Assembly (NCBI GenBank): GCA_964016885.1 | Contig: OZ024740.1 | Span: 402,442,001-402,506,000 of the forward strand | Length of the DNA stretch: 64,000 nt | Direction of reading: 5' to 3' | Source: Eledone cirrhosa | Lineage: Eukaryota | Shown: positions 18,001-32,691 of the stretch, in pieces | How positions within the stretch are numbered: position 1 is the stretch's first letter | Layout of the letters: the number at the start of each line of letters is the position of its first letter | Notes under the pieces: generated by a model | Databases searched by the model: none | What the model saw: only the letters and a program-made list of their open reading frames with translations | What the model was told of the DNA's origin: nothing | Position numbers and translations under genes: made by a program

Positions 18001-21000
18001 CGACAACAACGACCACAACCACCACAAACATCATCACGACAACAACGACCACAACCACCACAAACATCATCACGACGACAACGACCACAACCACCACAAA
18101 CATCATCACGACAACGACGTCCACAACCACCACAAACATCATCACGACGACAACGACCACAACCACCACAAACATCATCACGACAACAACGACCACAACC
18201 ACCACAAACATCATCACGACAACGACGACGACCACAACCACTACAAACATCATAACGACGACAACGACCACAACCACCACAAACATCATCACGATGACGA
18301 CGACCACAACCACCACAAACATCATCACGACGACAACGACCACAACCACCACAAACATCATCACGACAACAACGACCACAACCACCACAAACATCATCAC
18401 GACAACGACGACCACAACCACCTCAAACATCATCACGACAATGATGACCACAACCACCACAAACATCATCACGACAACAACGACCACAACCACCACAAAC
18501 ATCATCACGACAACGACAACGACCACAACCACCACAAACATCATCACGACGACGACGACCACAACCACTACAAACATCATCACGACAACGACAACGACCA
18601 CAACCACCACAAACATCATCACGACGACGACGACCACAACCACCACAAACATCATCACGACAACGACAACGACCACAACCACCACAAACATCATCACGAC
18701 AACAACGACCACAACCACCACAAACATCATCACGACAACGGCAACGACCACAACCACCACAAACATCATAACGACGACGACGACCACAACCACCACAAAC
18801 ATCATCACGACAACGACGACCACAACCACCACAAACATCATCACGACAACGACGACCACAACCACCACAAACATCATCACGACAACAACGACCACAACCA
18901 CCACAAACATCATCACGACTACGACGACCACAACCACCACAAAAATCATCACGACGACGACGACCACAACCACCACAAACATCATCACGACAAAGACGAC
19001 CACAACCACCACAAACTTCATCACGACAACGACGTCACAACCACCACAAACATCATCACGACAACGACGACCACAACCACCACAAACATCATCACGACAA
19101 CGACAACGACCACAACCACAACAAACATCATCACGACGACGACGACCACAATCACCACAAACATCATCACGACAACGACGACAACAACCACCACAAACTT
19201 CATCACGACAACGACGACCACAACCACCACAAACATCATCACGACAACGACGACGACCACAACCACCACAAACATCATCACCACAACGACGACCACAACC
19301 ACCACAAACATCATTACGACAACGACAATGACCACAACCACCACAAACATCATCTCGACGACGACGACGACCACAACCACCACAAACATCATCACCACAA
19401 CGACGACCACAAACATCATCACGACAACGACGACGACCACAACCACCACAAACATCATCACGACCACGACGATGACCACAACCACCACAAACATCATCTC
19501 GACGACGACGACGACCACAACCACCACATACATCATCACCACAACGACGACCACAAACATCATCACGACAACGACGACGACCACAACCGCCACAAACATC
19601 ATCACGACAACAACGACCACAACCACCACAAACATCATCACGACAACAACGACGACCACAAACACCACAAACATCATCACGATAACGACGACCACAACCA
19701 CCACAAACATCATCACGACAACAACGACCACAAGCACCACAAACATCATCACGACAACAACGACCACAACCACCACAAACATCATCACGACAACAACGAC
19801 CACAACCACCACAAACATCATCACGACGACAACGACCACAACCACCACAAACATCATCACGACAACGACGTCCACAACCACCACAAACATCATCACGACG
19901 ACAACGACCACAACCACCACAAACATCATCACGACAACAACGACCACAACCACCACAAACATCATCACGACAACGACGACGACCACAACCACTACAAACA
20001 TCATAACGACGACAACGACCACAACCACCACAAACATCATCACGATGACGACGACCACAACCACCACAAACATCATCACGACGACAACGACCACAACCAC
20101 CACAAACATCATCACGACAACAACGACCACAACCACCACAAACATCATCACGACAACAACGACCACAACCACCACAAACATCATCACGACAACGACGACC
20201 ACAACCACCTCAAACATCATCACGACAATGATGACCACAACCACCACAAACATCATCACGACAACAACGACCACAACCACCACAAACATCATCACGACAA
20301 CGACAACGACCACAACCACCACAAACATCATCACGACGACGACGACCACAACCACTACAAACATCATCACGACAACGACAACGACCACAACCACCACAAA
20401 CATCATCACGACGACGACGACCACAACCACCACAAACATCATCACGACAACGACAACGACCACAACCACCACAAACATCATCACGACAACAACGACCACA
20501 ACCACCACAAACATCATCACGACAACAACGACCACAACCACCACAAACATCATCACGACAACGACGACCACAACCACCTCAAACATCATCACGACAATGA
20601 TGACCACAACCACCACAAACATCATCACGACAACAACGACCACAACCACCACAAACATCATCACGACAACGACAACGACCACAACCACCACAAACATCAT
20701 CACGACGACGACGACCACAACCACTACAAACATCATCACGACAACGACAACGACCACAACCACCACAAACATCATCACGACGACGACGACCACAACCACC
20801 ACAAACATCATCACGACAACGACAACGACCACAACCACCACAAACATCATCACGACAACAACGACCACAACCACCACAAACATTATCACGACAACGACAA
20901 CGACCACAACCACCACAAACATCATAACGACGACGACGACCACAACCACCACAAACATCATCACGACAACGACGACCACAACCACCACAAACATCATCAC

Positions 21001-24000
21001 GACAACGACGACCACAACCACCACAAACATCATCACGACGACAACGACCACAACCACCACAAACATCATCACGACTACGACGACCACAACCACCACAAAA
21101 ATCATCACGACGACGACGACCACAACCACCACAAACATCATCACGACAAAGACGACCACAACCACCACAAACTTCATCACGACAACGACGACACAACCAC
21201 CACAAACATCATCACGACAACGACGACCACAACCACCACAAACATCATCACGACAACGACAACGACCACAACCACAACAAACATCATCACGACGACGACG
21301 ACCACAACCACCACAAACATCATCACGACAACGACGACAACAACCACCACAAACTTCATCACGACAACGACGACCACAACCACCACAAACATCATCACGA
21401 CAACGACGACGACCACAACCACCACGAACATCATCACCACAACGACGACCACAACCACCACAAACGTCATTACGACAACGACAATGACTACAACCACCAC
21501 AAACATCATCTCGACGACGACGACGAACACAACCACCACAAACATCATCACCACAACGACGACCACAAACATCATCACGACAACGACGACGACCACAACC
21601 ACCACAAACATCATCACGACGACGACGATGACCACAACCACCACAAACATCATCTCGACGACGACGACGACCACAACCACCACATACATCATCACCACAA
21701 CGACGACCACAAACATCATCACGACAACGACGACGACCACAACCGCCACAAACATCATCACGACAACAACGACCACAACCACCACAAACATCATCACGAC
21801 AACAACGACGACCACAAACACCACAAACATCATCACGATAACGACGACCACAACCACCACAAACATCATCACGACAACAACGACCACAAGCACCACAAAC
21901 ATCATCACGACAACAACGACCACAACCACCACAAACATCATCACGACAACAACGACCACAACCACCACAAACATCATCACGACGACAACGACCACAACCA
22001 CCACAAACATCATCACGACAACGACGTCCACAACCACCACAAACATCATCACGACGACAACGACCACAACCACCACAAACATCATCACGACAACAACGAC
22101 CACAACCACCACAAACATCATCACGACAACGACGACGACCACAACCACTACAAACATCATAACGACGACAACGACCACAACCACCACAAACATCATCACG
22201 ATGACGACGACCACAACCACCACAAACATCATCACGACGACAACGACCACAACCACCACAAACATTATCACGACAACAACGACCACAACCACCACAAACA
22301 TCATCACGACAACAACGACCACAACCACCACAAACATCATCACGACAACGACGACCACAACCACCTCAAACATCATCACGACAATGATGACCACAACCAC
22401 CACAAACATCATCACGACAACAACGACCACAACCACCACAAACATCATCACGACAACGACAACGACCACAACCACCACAAACATCATCACGACGACGACG
22501 ACCACAACCACTACAAACATCATCACGACAACGACAACGACCACAACCACCACAAACATCATCACGACGACGACGACCACAACCACCACAAACATCATCA
22601 CGACAACGACAACGACCACAACCACCACAAACATCATCACGACAACAACGACCACAACCACCACAAACATCATCACGACAACGACAACGACCACAACCAC
22701 CACAAACATCATAACGACGACGACGACCACAACCACCACAAACATCATCACGACAACGACGACCACAACCACCACAAACATCATCACGACAACGACGACC
22801 ACAACCACCACAAACATCATCACGACAACAACGACCACAACCACCACAAACATCATCACGACTACGACGACCACAACCACCACAAAAATCATCACGACGA
22901 CGACGACCACAACCACCACAAACATCATCACGACAAAGACGACCACAACCACCACAAACTTCATCACGACAACGACGCCACAACCACCACAAACATCATC
23001 ACGACAACGACGACCACAACCACCACAAACATCATCACGACAACGACGACCACAACCACCACAAACATCATCACGACGACGACGACCACAACCACCACAA
23101 ACATCATCACGTCAACGACAACGACCACAACCACAACAAACATCATCACGACAACGACGACCACAACCACCACAAACATCATCACGACGACGACGACCAC
23201 AACCACCACAAACATCATCACGTCAACGACAACGACCACAACCACAACAAACATCATCAAGACAACGACGACCAAAACCACCACAAACATCATCACGACA
23301 ACGACAACGACCACAACCACAACAAACATCATCACGACGACGACGACCACAACCACCACAAACATCATCACGACAACGACGACAACAACCACCACAAACT
23401 TCATCACGACAACGACGACCACAACCACCACAAAAATCATCACGACAACGACGACGACCACAACCACCACAAACATCATCACCACAACGACGACCACAAC
23501 CACCACAAACATCATTACGACAACGACAATGACCACAACCACCACAAACATCATCTCGACGACGACGACGACCACAACCACCACAAACATCATCACCACA
23601 ACGACGACCACAAACATCATCACGACAACGACGACGACCACAACCACCACAAACATCATCACGACGACGACGATGACCACAACCACCACAAACATCATCT
23701 CGACGACGACGACGACCACAACCACCACATACATCATCACCACAACGACGACCACAAACATCATCACGACAACGACGACGACCACAACCGCCACAAACAT
23801 CATCACGACAACAACGACCACAACCACCACAAACATCATCACGACAACAACGACGACCACAAACACCACAAACATCATCACGATAACGACGACCACAACC
23901 ACCACAAACATCATCACGACAACAACGACCACAAGCACCACAAACATCATCACGACAACAACGACCACAAGCACCACAAACATCATCACGACAACAACGA

Positions 24001-27000
24001 CCACAACCACCACAAACATCATCACGACAACAACGACCACAAGCACCACAAACATCATCACGACTACAACGACCACAAGCACCACAAACATCATCACGAC
24101 AACAACGACCACAACCGCCACAAACATCATCACGACAACAACGACCACAACCACCACAAACATCATCACGACAACAACGACGACCACAAACACCACAAAC
24201 ATCATCACGATAACGACGACCACAACCACCACAAACATCATCACGACAACAACGACCACAACCACCACAAACATCATCACGACAACAACGACCACAAGCA
24301 CCACAAACATCATCACGACAACAACGACCACAACCACCACAAACACCATCACGACAACAACGACCACAACCACCACAAACATCATCACGACGACAACGAC
24401 CACAACCACCACAAACATCATCACGACAACGACGTCCACAACCACCACAAACATCATCACGACGACAACGACCACAACCACCACAAACATCATCACGACA
24501 ACAACGACCACAACCACCACAAACATCATCACGACAACGACGACGACCACAACCACTACAAACATCATAACGACGACAACGACCACAACCACCACAAACA
24601 TCATCACGATGACGACGACCACAACTACCACAAACATCATCACGACGACAACGACCACAACCACCACAAACATCATCACGACAACAACGACCACAACCAC
24701 CACAAACATCATCACGACAACGACGACCACAACCACCTCAAACGTCATCACGTCAATGATGACCACAACCACCACAAACATCATCACGACAACGACAACG
24801 ACCACAACCACCACAAACATCATCACGACGACGACGACCACAACCACTACAAACATCATCACGACAACGACGACGACCACAACCACCACAAACATCATCA
24901 CGACAACGACGACCACAACCACCACAAACATCATCACGACAACGACAACGACCACAACCACCACAAACATCATCACGACAACAACGACCACAACCACCAC
25001 AAACATCATCACGACAACGACAACGACCACAACCACCACAAACATCATCACGACGACGACGACCACAACCACCACAAACATCATCACGACAACGACGACC
25101 ACAACCACCACAAACATCATCACGACAACGACGACCACAACCACCACAAACATCATCACAACAACAACGACCACAACCACCACAAACATCATCACGACGA
25201 CGACGACCACAACCACCACAAACATCATCACGACGACAACGACCACAACCACCACAAACATCATCACTACAACAACGACCACAACCACCACAAACATCAT
25301 CACGACAACGACGACCACAACCACCACAAACATCATCACGACAACGACAACGACCACAACCACCACAAACATCATCACGACGACGACGACCACAACCACC
25401 ACAAACATCATCACGACGACAACGACCACAACCACCACAAACATCATCACGACAACAACGACCACAACGACCACAAACATCATCACGACGACAACGACCA
25501 CAACCACCACAAACATCATCACGACAACAACGACCACAACCACCACAAACATCATCACGACAACAACGACCACAACCACCACAAACATCATCACGACAAC
25601 GACGACCACAACCACCTCAAACATCATCACGACAATGATGACCACAACCACCACAAACATCATCACGACAACAACGACCACAACCACCACAAACATCATC
25701 ACGACAACGACAACGACCACAACCACCACAAACATCATCACGACGGCGACGACCACAACCACCACAAACATCATCACGACAACGACCACGACCACAACCA
25801 CCACAAACATCATCACGACAACAACGACCACAACCACCACAAACATCATCACGACAACGACAACGACCACAACCACCACAAACATCATAACGACGACGAC
25901 GACCACAACCACCACAAACATCATCACGACAACGACGACCACAACCACCACAAACATCATCACGACAACGACGACCACAACCACCACAAACATCATCACG
26001 ACAACAATGACCACAACCACCACAAACATCATCACGACTACGACGACCACAACCACCACAAAAATCATCACGACGACGACGACCACAACCACCACAAACA
26101 TCATCACGACAAAGACGACCACAACCACCACAAACTTCATCACGACAACGACGCCACAACCACCACAAACATCATCACGACAACGACGACCACAACCACC
26201 ACAAACATCATCACGACAACGACAATGACCACAACCACCACATACATCATCACGACAACGACGACCACAACCACCACAAACATCATCACGACGACGACGA
26301 CCACAAACCACCACAAACATCATCACGTCAACGACAACGACCACAACCACAACAAACATCATCACGACAACGACGACCAAAACCACCACAAACATCATCA
26401 CGACAACGACAACGACCACAACCACAACAAACATCATCACGACGACGACGACCACAACCACCACAAACATCATCACGACAACGACGACAACAACCACCAC
26501 AAACTTCATCACGACAACGACGACCACAACCACCACAAACATCATCACGACAACGACGACGACCACAACCACCACAAACATCATCACCACAACGACGACC
26601 ACAACCACCACAAACATCATTACGACAACGACAATGACCACAACCACCACAAACATCATCTCGACGACGACGACGACGACCACAACCACCACAAACATCA
26701 TCACCACAACGACGACCACAAACTTCATCACGACAACGACGACGACCACAACCACCACAAACATCATCACGACGACGACGATGACCACAACCACCACAAA
26801 CATCATCTCGACGACGACGACGACCACAACCACCACATACATCATCACCACAACGACGACCACAAACATCATCACGACAACGACGACGACCACAACCGCC
26901 ACAAACATCATCACGACAACAACGACCACAACGACCACAAACATCATCACGACAACAACGACGACCACAAACACCACAAACATCATCACGATAACGACGA

Positions 27001-28950
27001 CCACAACCACCACAAACATCATCACGACAACAACGACCACAAGCACCACAAACATCATCACGACAACAACGACCACAACCACCACAAACACCATCACGAC
27101 AACAACGACCACAACCACCACAAACATCATCACGACGACAACGACCACAACCACCACAAACATCATCACGACAACGACGTCCACAACCACCACAAACATC
27201 ATCACGACGACAACGACCACAACCACCACAAACATCATCACGACAACAACGACCACAACCACCACAAACATCATCACGACAACGACGACGACCACAACCA
27301 CTACAAACATCATAACGACGACAACGACCACAACCACCACAAACATCATCACGATGACGACGACCACAACTACCACAAACATCATCACGACGACAACGAC
27401 CACAACCACCACAAACATCATCACGACAACAACGACCACAACCACCACAAACATCATCACGACAACGACGACCACAACCACCTCAAACATCATCACGTCA
27501 ATGATGACCACAACCACCACAAACATCATCACGACAACAACGACCACAACCACCACAAACATCATCACGACAACGACAACGACCACAACCACCACAAACA
27601 TCATCACGACGACGACGACCACAACCACTACAAACATCATCACGACAACGACGACGACCACAACCACCACAAACATCATCACGACAACGACGACCACAAC
27701 CACCACAAACATCATCACGACAACGACAACCACCACAACCACCACAAACATCATCACGACAACAACGACCACAACCACCACAAACATCATCACGACAACG
27801 ACAACGACCACAACCACCACAAACATCATCACGACGACGACGACCACAACCACCACAAACATCATCACGACGACAACGACCACAACCACCACAAACATCA
27901 TCACGACAACAACGACCACAACCACCACAAACATCATCACGACAACAACGACCACAACCACCACAAACATCATCACGACAACAACGACCACAACCACCAC
28001 AAACATCATCACGACAACGACGACCACAACCACCACAAACATCATCACGACAACGACAACGACCACAACCACCACAAACATCATCACGACGACGACGACC
28101 ACAACCACCACAAACATCATCACGACGACAACGACCACAACCACCACAAACATCATCACGACAACAACGACCACAACCACCACAAACATCATCACGACGA
28201 CAACGACCACAACCACCACAAACATCATCACGACAACAACGACCACAACCACCACAAACATCATCACGACGAGAACGACCACAACCACCACAAACATCAT
28301 CACGACAACAACGACCACAACCACCACAAACATCATCACGACGACGACGACCACAACCACCACAAACATCATCACGACGACAACGACCACAACCACCACA
28401 AACATCATCACGACAACAACGACCACAAACACCACAAACATCATCACGACAACGACAATGACCACAACCACCACAAACATCTTCTCGACGACGACGACGA
28501 CCACAACCACCACAAACATCATCACGACAACGACGACGACCACAACCACCACAAACATCATCACGACAACGACGACGACCACAACCACCACACACATCAT
28601 CACGACAACGACGACCACAACCACCACAAACATCATCAGGACAACGACGACCACAACCACCACAAACATCATCACGACAACGACGACCACAACCACCACA
28701 AACATCATCACGACAACGACGACCACAACCACCACAAACATCATCACAAAAACGACGACCACAACCACCACAAACATCATCACGACGACAACGACCACAA
28801 CCACCAGAAACATCATCACAACTACGACAACCACAGCCACCACAAACATCATCACGACGACGACAACCACAACCACCACAAACATCATCACGACGACAAC
28901 GACGACGACGGCCACCTCCACCACAACAACAACAATAGCAACAACAATTA
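1..28950. repeat. Giant 36-bp minisatellite array (consensus AAACATCATCACGACAACGACGACCACAACCACCAC), running off the left window edge
   Basis: AAACATCATC recurs every 36 bp (e.g. 31, 67, 103). Length variants of 27/33/39/45 bp are all multiples of 3. The plus strand is mostly A+C. The array degrades into irregular ACA/ACC/AAC triplets at ~28,900-29,040. Confidence 0.98.
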
Positions 28951-29050
28951 AAATGCTTTAGGAATCATTTCAATAGTCAAAAGTACAACAGCCACATCGC
29001 AACCATCAACACAACTACCACCACCACTATCAGCAGCAACACCGGCTCTG

Positions 29051-29233
29051 ATTGGCAGCATCGGTAGAGAGTTGGACACCATGCTTTGCAGCATTGAATT
29101 ACGGCCTTTTACGATTTGAGTTCTAATCCCGCTGAGGTTAAGTTTGCCTTTCATCCTTACGGGGTTGATAAAATAAAGTACTAGTAATGTACTTGGTTAA
29201 TTGCTGGCCTTGTGCCAAAAGTAGAAACATATT
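29051..29233 (+). mobile_element. tRNA-derived SINE (diverged copy)
   Basis: A-box-like TTGGCAGCATCGG and B-box-like GAGTTCTAATCC. The body TTTGCCTTTCATCCTTACGGGGTTGATAAAATAAAGTAC...GCTGGCCTTGTGCCAAAAGTAGAAAC is colinear with 30421-30609. Confidence 0.8.
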
Positions 29234-29729
29234 TTGCAATGGTCATGACAAGAATGAAGCGAACATTGTTTTGCTAGATCAGACTTGACCTGTGGTAAAA
29301 GAACAACAGATCCACCCACTAAGCTATTACCACACACTTCATTAATATTACCACACTACAACTCGGCCATTTATTACTACCACGATCGCAACTACCAATG
29401 ATTTCCACAAAAGTAACCCGACACTCGGTCTATACTCTTACAAATTTATTATCATCAAAACACCAACACTAATACAAGCAAGCAGCACCGATATTATTTT
29501 CTCACAACTTGCGTCATTTCGTCAAACTGACTTTTGCAAAATCATCTTCGTTATTACCATTTCTCTCATCACGAACTGTTTACTGAGGCAAAGACCGTCG
29601 CTCCTTTGTAAGCAGAAGGATTTGCAACGCAAAGAAAATTTTCAATGTATGATCATCATCGTTACACATGTTCATATAAATAATAACACTCGCATACATA
29701 AAGTCAGTGAAAACATTGGCCGATCGCCA

Positions 29730-29939
29730 TTACTCGTAAAAGGAGGACACCAGCAGTACACATGCAAGCGTGTAGAGAGTGCAAATGCGTTAGGCAAATA
29801 TAGGAATGAGACAAGCAATGGTACTAGGCAATTATATATGTCGAGTACCATTGCTTGTCTCCTTCCTATATATGCCTAACGCACTTGCACTCTCTACACG
29901 CTTGCATGTGTACTGCCGGTGTCCTCTTTTTACGAGTAA
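29730..29939. repeat. Long inverted repeat (~96-bp arms, 18-nt spacer)
   Basis: TTACTCGTAAAAGGAGGACAC...GCAATGGTACT (29730-29825) is the near-perfect reverse complement of AGTACCATTGC...GTCCTCTTTTTACGAGTAA (29844-29939). Confidence 0.93.
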
Positions 29940-30420
29940 CTTTTCTCCTTAATGTCTCTTTAATTATTATACTATTCCCTTGTGATATCTATTGCATTCA
30001 TTCCACTCTGTGCTTTTTAATTTTAATTATTGTACAATTCTCTTGTAATATATGTCGCATCGATACTCTGTACATACGAAACTGTTGTTGACAGCATTAA
30101 TATCCATGTATCTATATGATTGTTCAGTTGAATAGGAGGTTAACTATATGTATAAACATTGCTGGTTCTCCGATGACTCCAAACGGAAGTTTGGAAGAAA
30201 CGATTGTCAACAATAAAATGATTTGAACATAACTTTGATTATTGTGTAATTTATATTCCTGCTCTGTAAAACATCTGATGTATTTACATTGAGCTATTTT
30301 TCTTACTGGTAATAAGGTAGTAATACATTACTGACCTTTCTATAAATAATATCATTATATATAAATAGTATCATTATTATTATTATATATGGGTGGTGAA
30401 TTGGCAGTATTATTATATAA

Positions 30421-30604
30421 GGGTGGTGAATTGGCAGTATCGGTAGATGTTGGACGCCATGCTTTCTAGCATAGTTACGTCCCTTTACAGTCTGAGTTCA
30501 AATCCCGCCGAGGTTAACTTTGTCTTTCATCCTTACGGGGTCGATAAATAAAGTACCAGTAATGTACTGGGTATGGCTGGCCTTGTGCCTAAAGTAGAAA
30601 CAAT

Positions 30605-30609
<5 letters not shown>
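30421..30609 (+). mobile_element. tRNA-derived SINE, preceded by a 30-bp tandem duplication of its 5' end (30381-30440)
   Basis: A box TGGCAGTATCGG, B box GAGTTCAAATCC, body CTTTCATCCTTACGGGGTCGATAAATAAAGTACCAGT, and an ATT/(TA)n tail. Confidence 0.85.
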
Positions 30610-30647
<38 letters not shown>

Positions 30648-30650
30648 TAT

Positions 30651-31681
30651 AGTTTTGCGAGGTTTTTGATATGCAATCGTGTGTCGAAACAAATATTTTT
30701 ATACTTGGGGAGGGTCATATTTGTGTAATATTGCCAGAATTAATAACAGAACACACTCACTGTTTGGTTAGTTTTCGCTTTCCACTTCTGCGTCTTTTAT
30801 ATCGGTTAATTTAATTTAATTTATTTGGTCCTCAATGTTGCCATTGACTGACCAACGGTCAAAAATACAGATACAATATAGACACAAACACATATATATA
30901 GTTTATCAAAGTTCTGTCGTCGCACATCTGCAACATCGTCAGTGGTGCTATTGTTCCCTTCCGTTGCATTGTATTTTCTACGCCATCTTTATTTAGTCTG
31001 TTTATATATTTATTTATTTGTTTATTTTTTTTGTCTTCTTTGCGCATGCGTTTGCGTGTGTGTATAGTGTTTTGTTTGATGTGTGTTCGAGATTGGGTGA
31101 CTGTATATTGGTTAATGTATTCTATCTTTACTAGTGTGTGTTTATATGTGTTTGTTGTTATTGTGCTTGTGTATGTATTTATTTTTTTTGTTTGGGTGTT
31201 GTTGTTATTCCATTCATTTTTTCTATTTAGCCTTGGCCTAAAAAATGAATGGAATAACAAAAAATGAATGGAATAACAACAACACCCAAACAAACAACAC
31301 TGACCTAAGAGAAGTATAAATAAATAAATAAATAAATAGATAAATAAATAAATACATACACAAGCACAATAACAACACACACATATAAACACACACTAGT
31401 AAAGATAGAATACATTAACCAATACACGGTCACCCAATCACGAACACACATCAAACAAAACACTATACACACGCGCAAACGCATGCGCAAAGAAGAAAAA
31501 AAAAATAAACAAATAAATAAATATATAAACAGACTAAATAAAGATGGCGTAGAAAATACGATGCAAGAAACAATAGCACCACTGACGATGTTGCAGATGT
31601 GCAACGAAAGAACTTTGATAAACTATATATATGTGTCTGTGTCTATATTGTATCTTTATTTTTGACCGTTGGTCAGTCAAT

Positions 31682-31683
<2 letters not shown>
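30651..31683. mobile_element. Non-autonomous fold-back derivative of the Penelope-like element at 55112-56636 (3'UTR/pLTR only)
   Basis: 30735-31239 matches 55112-55668. 30651-30835 matches the reverse complement of 56459-56636. 31259-31683 is the inverted copy of 30841-31222. Both ends abut (TA)n. Confidence 0.9.
31577..31620 (+). ncRNA. Candidate minimal type I hammerhead ribozyme in PLE pLTR
   Basis: CACCA CTGACGA T GTTGCA-GATG-TGCAAC GAAA GAAC TT TGAT. CUGANGA and GAAA cores flank a 6-bp stem II. The inverted copy at 30905-30947 has GAAA>GACA. Confidence 0.6.
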
Positions 31684-31729
<46 letters not shown>

Positions 31730-31954
31730 TGTGTTCTATCAGACACGACCATATATATATATACTTTCATGTATGTCTTCATATATGTGCCATATTATCA
31801 AGTTCATAAAATGTCGGAGGGAATCTCTACATAAACATATTCAGTTGGATGTACAAAACGTTGCGTAGAGACAGAGAGAAAAATGTTTAAATACATACAT
31901 TATAGATATTTACCTAAACACCCTCACACGCATACACACATACAAACACACATA

Positions 31955-31987
<33 letters not shown>

Positions 31988-32647
31988 CTATATATATATA
32001 TATATATAGACAGATACACAAATAATCTGAATGGGCGGTATGTATCAATGCACACGCACCCATGAGAATATGTTTATTCATATATACATGCACACATACT
32101 TATTTATAGATACAGATATATGAACTATAGTAGCAGTTTTGGCAAATTTTTGCTCAACAAAATAATTTGGAGATAATTATAAAGAATTAGTATATCTACC
32201 AACATATATATACAGATGCATACCTATGCTAGCAAATATATAGGTTTTGTCTTAGTAACTTTGTGGTTCAATGCAAGGGGATGCAGAACAATTATATGAA
32301 AGACGTAAAATAAGAAAATTATAAAAATTACCCTTACTTACTAAAATTTCACTCCAACTAATTAGTTTCTGAAACGGAATAAACATGGTTTCCGAAGGAA
32401 AATATGGAGAAAGCCTTTCGTCATCAGGGAAGTCTATTCTCAGCTAAGTTCCCAGATTAGAGCAAACATCACGGACGCTCTATCTCAAAATTATTTTTGA
32501 AAAGCATTAGAAATTGCCAACCGGTAAAACTTAAAACCAAAACTGAATACTAACGAATACTAACGAATACTATTACTAATTCTCACTTATTCCTAATTAA
32601 ACTATTTTTCACTGTGAACAATTTGACAGCATTTTCTTTTCCGTTTA

Positions 32648-32691
<44 letters not shown>

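Noticed and set aside
9079-26228. ATGA start/stop overlaps chaining successive Thr ORFs (11588, 14284, 17349, 19328, 21484, 23529, 26225), resembling translational coupling
   Set aside because: Any ACG>ATG change before ACC automatically creates TGA in the shifted frame. The pattern is one variant copied with the higher-order repeat, in a eukaryotic context.
5984-28924. Minus-strand poly-Val and Cys/Gly/Arg-rich (metallothionein-like) ORFs
   Set aside because: They are reverse-complement readings of the same satellite. Stops are rare for compositional reasons.
1-28950. CRISPR array or telomeric repeat
   Set aside because: The 36-bp units are contiguous with no unique spacers, there are no cas genes, and there is no TTAGGG-type motif.
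29051-30609. tRNA genes suggested by A/B boxes
   Set aside because: There is no cloverleaf. The boxes continue into a shared SINE body and tail.
30859-31604. 177-aa and 99-aa hydrophobic ORFs as membrane proteins
   Set aside because: They lie in the GT-rich non-coding pLTR palindrome and are mirrored on both strands.
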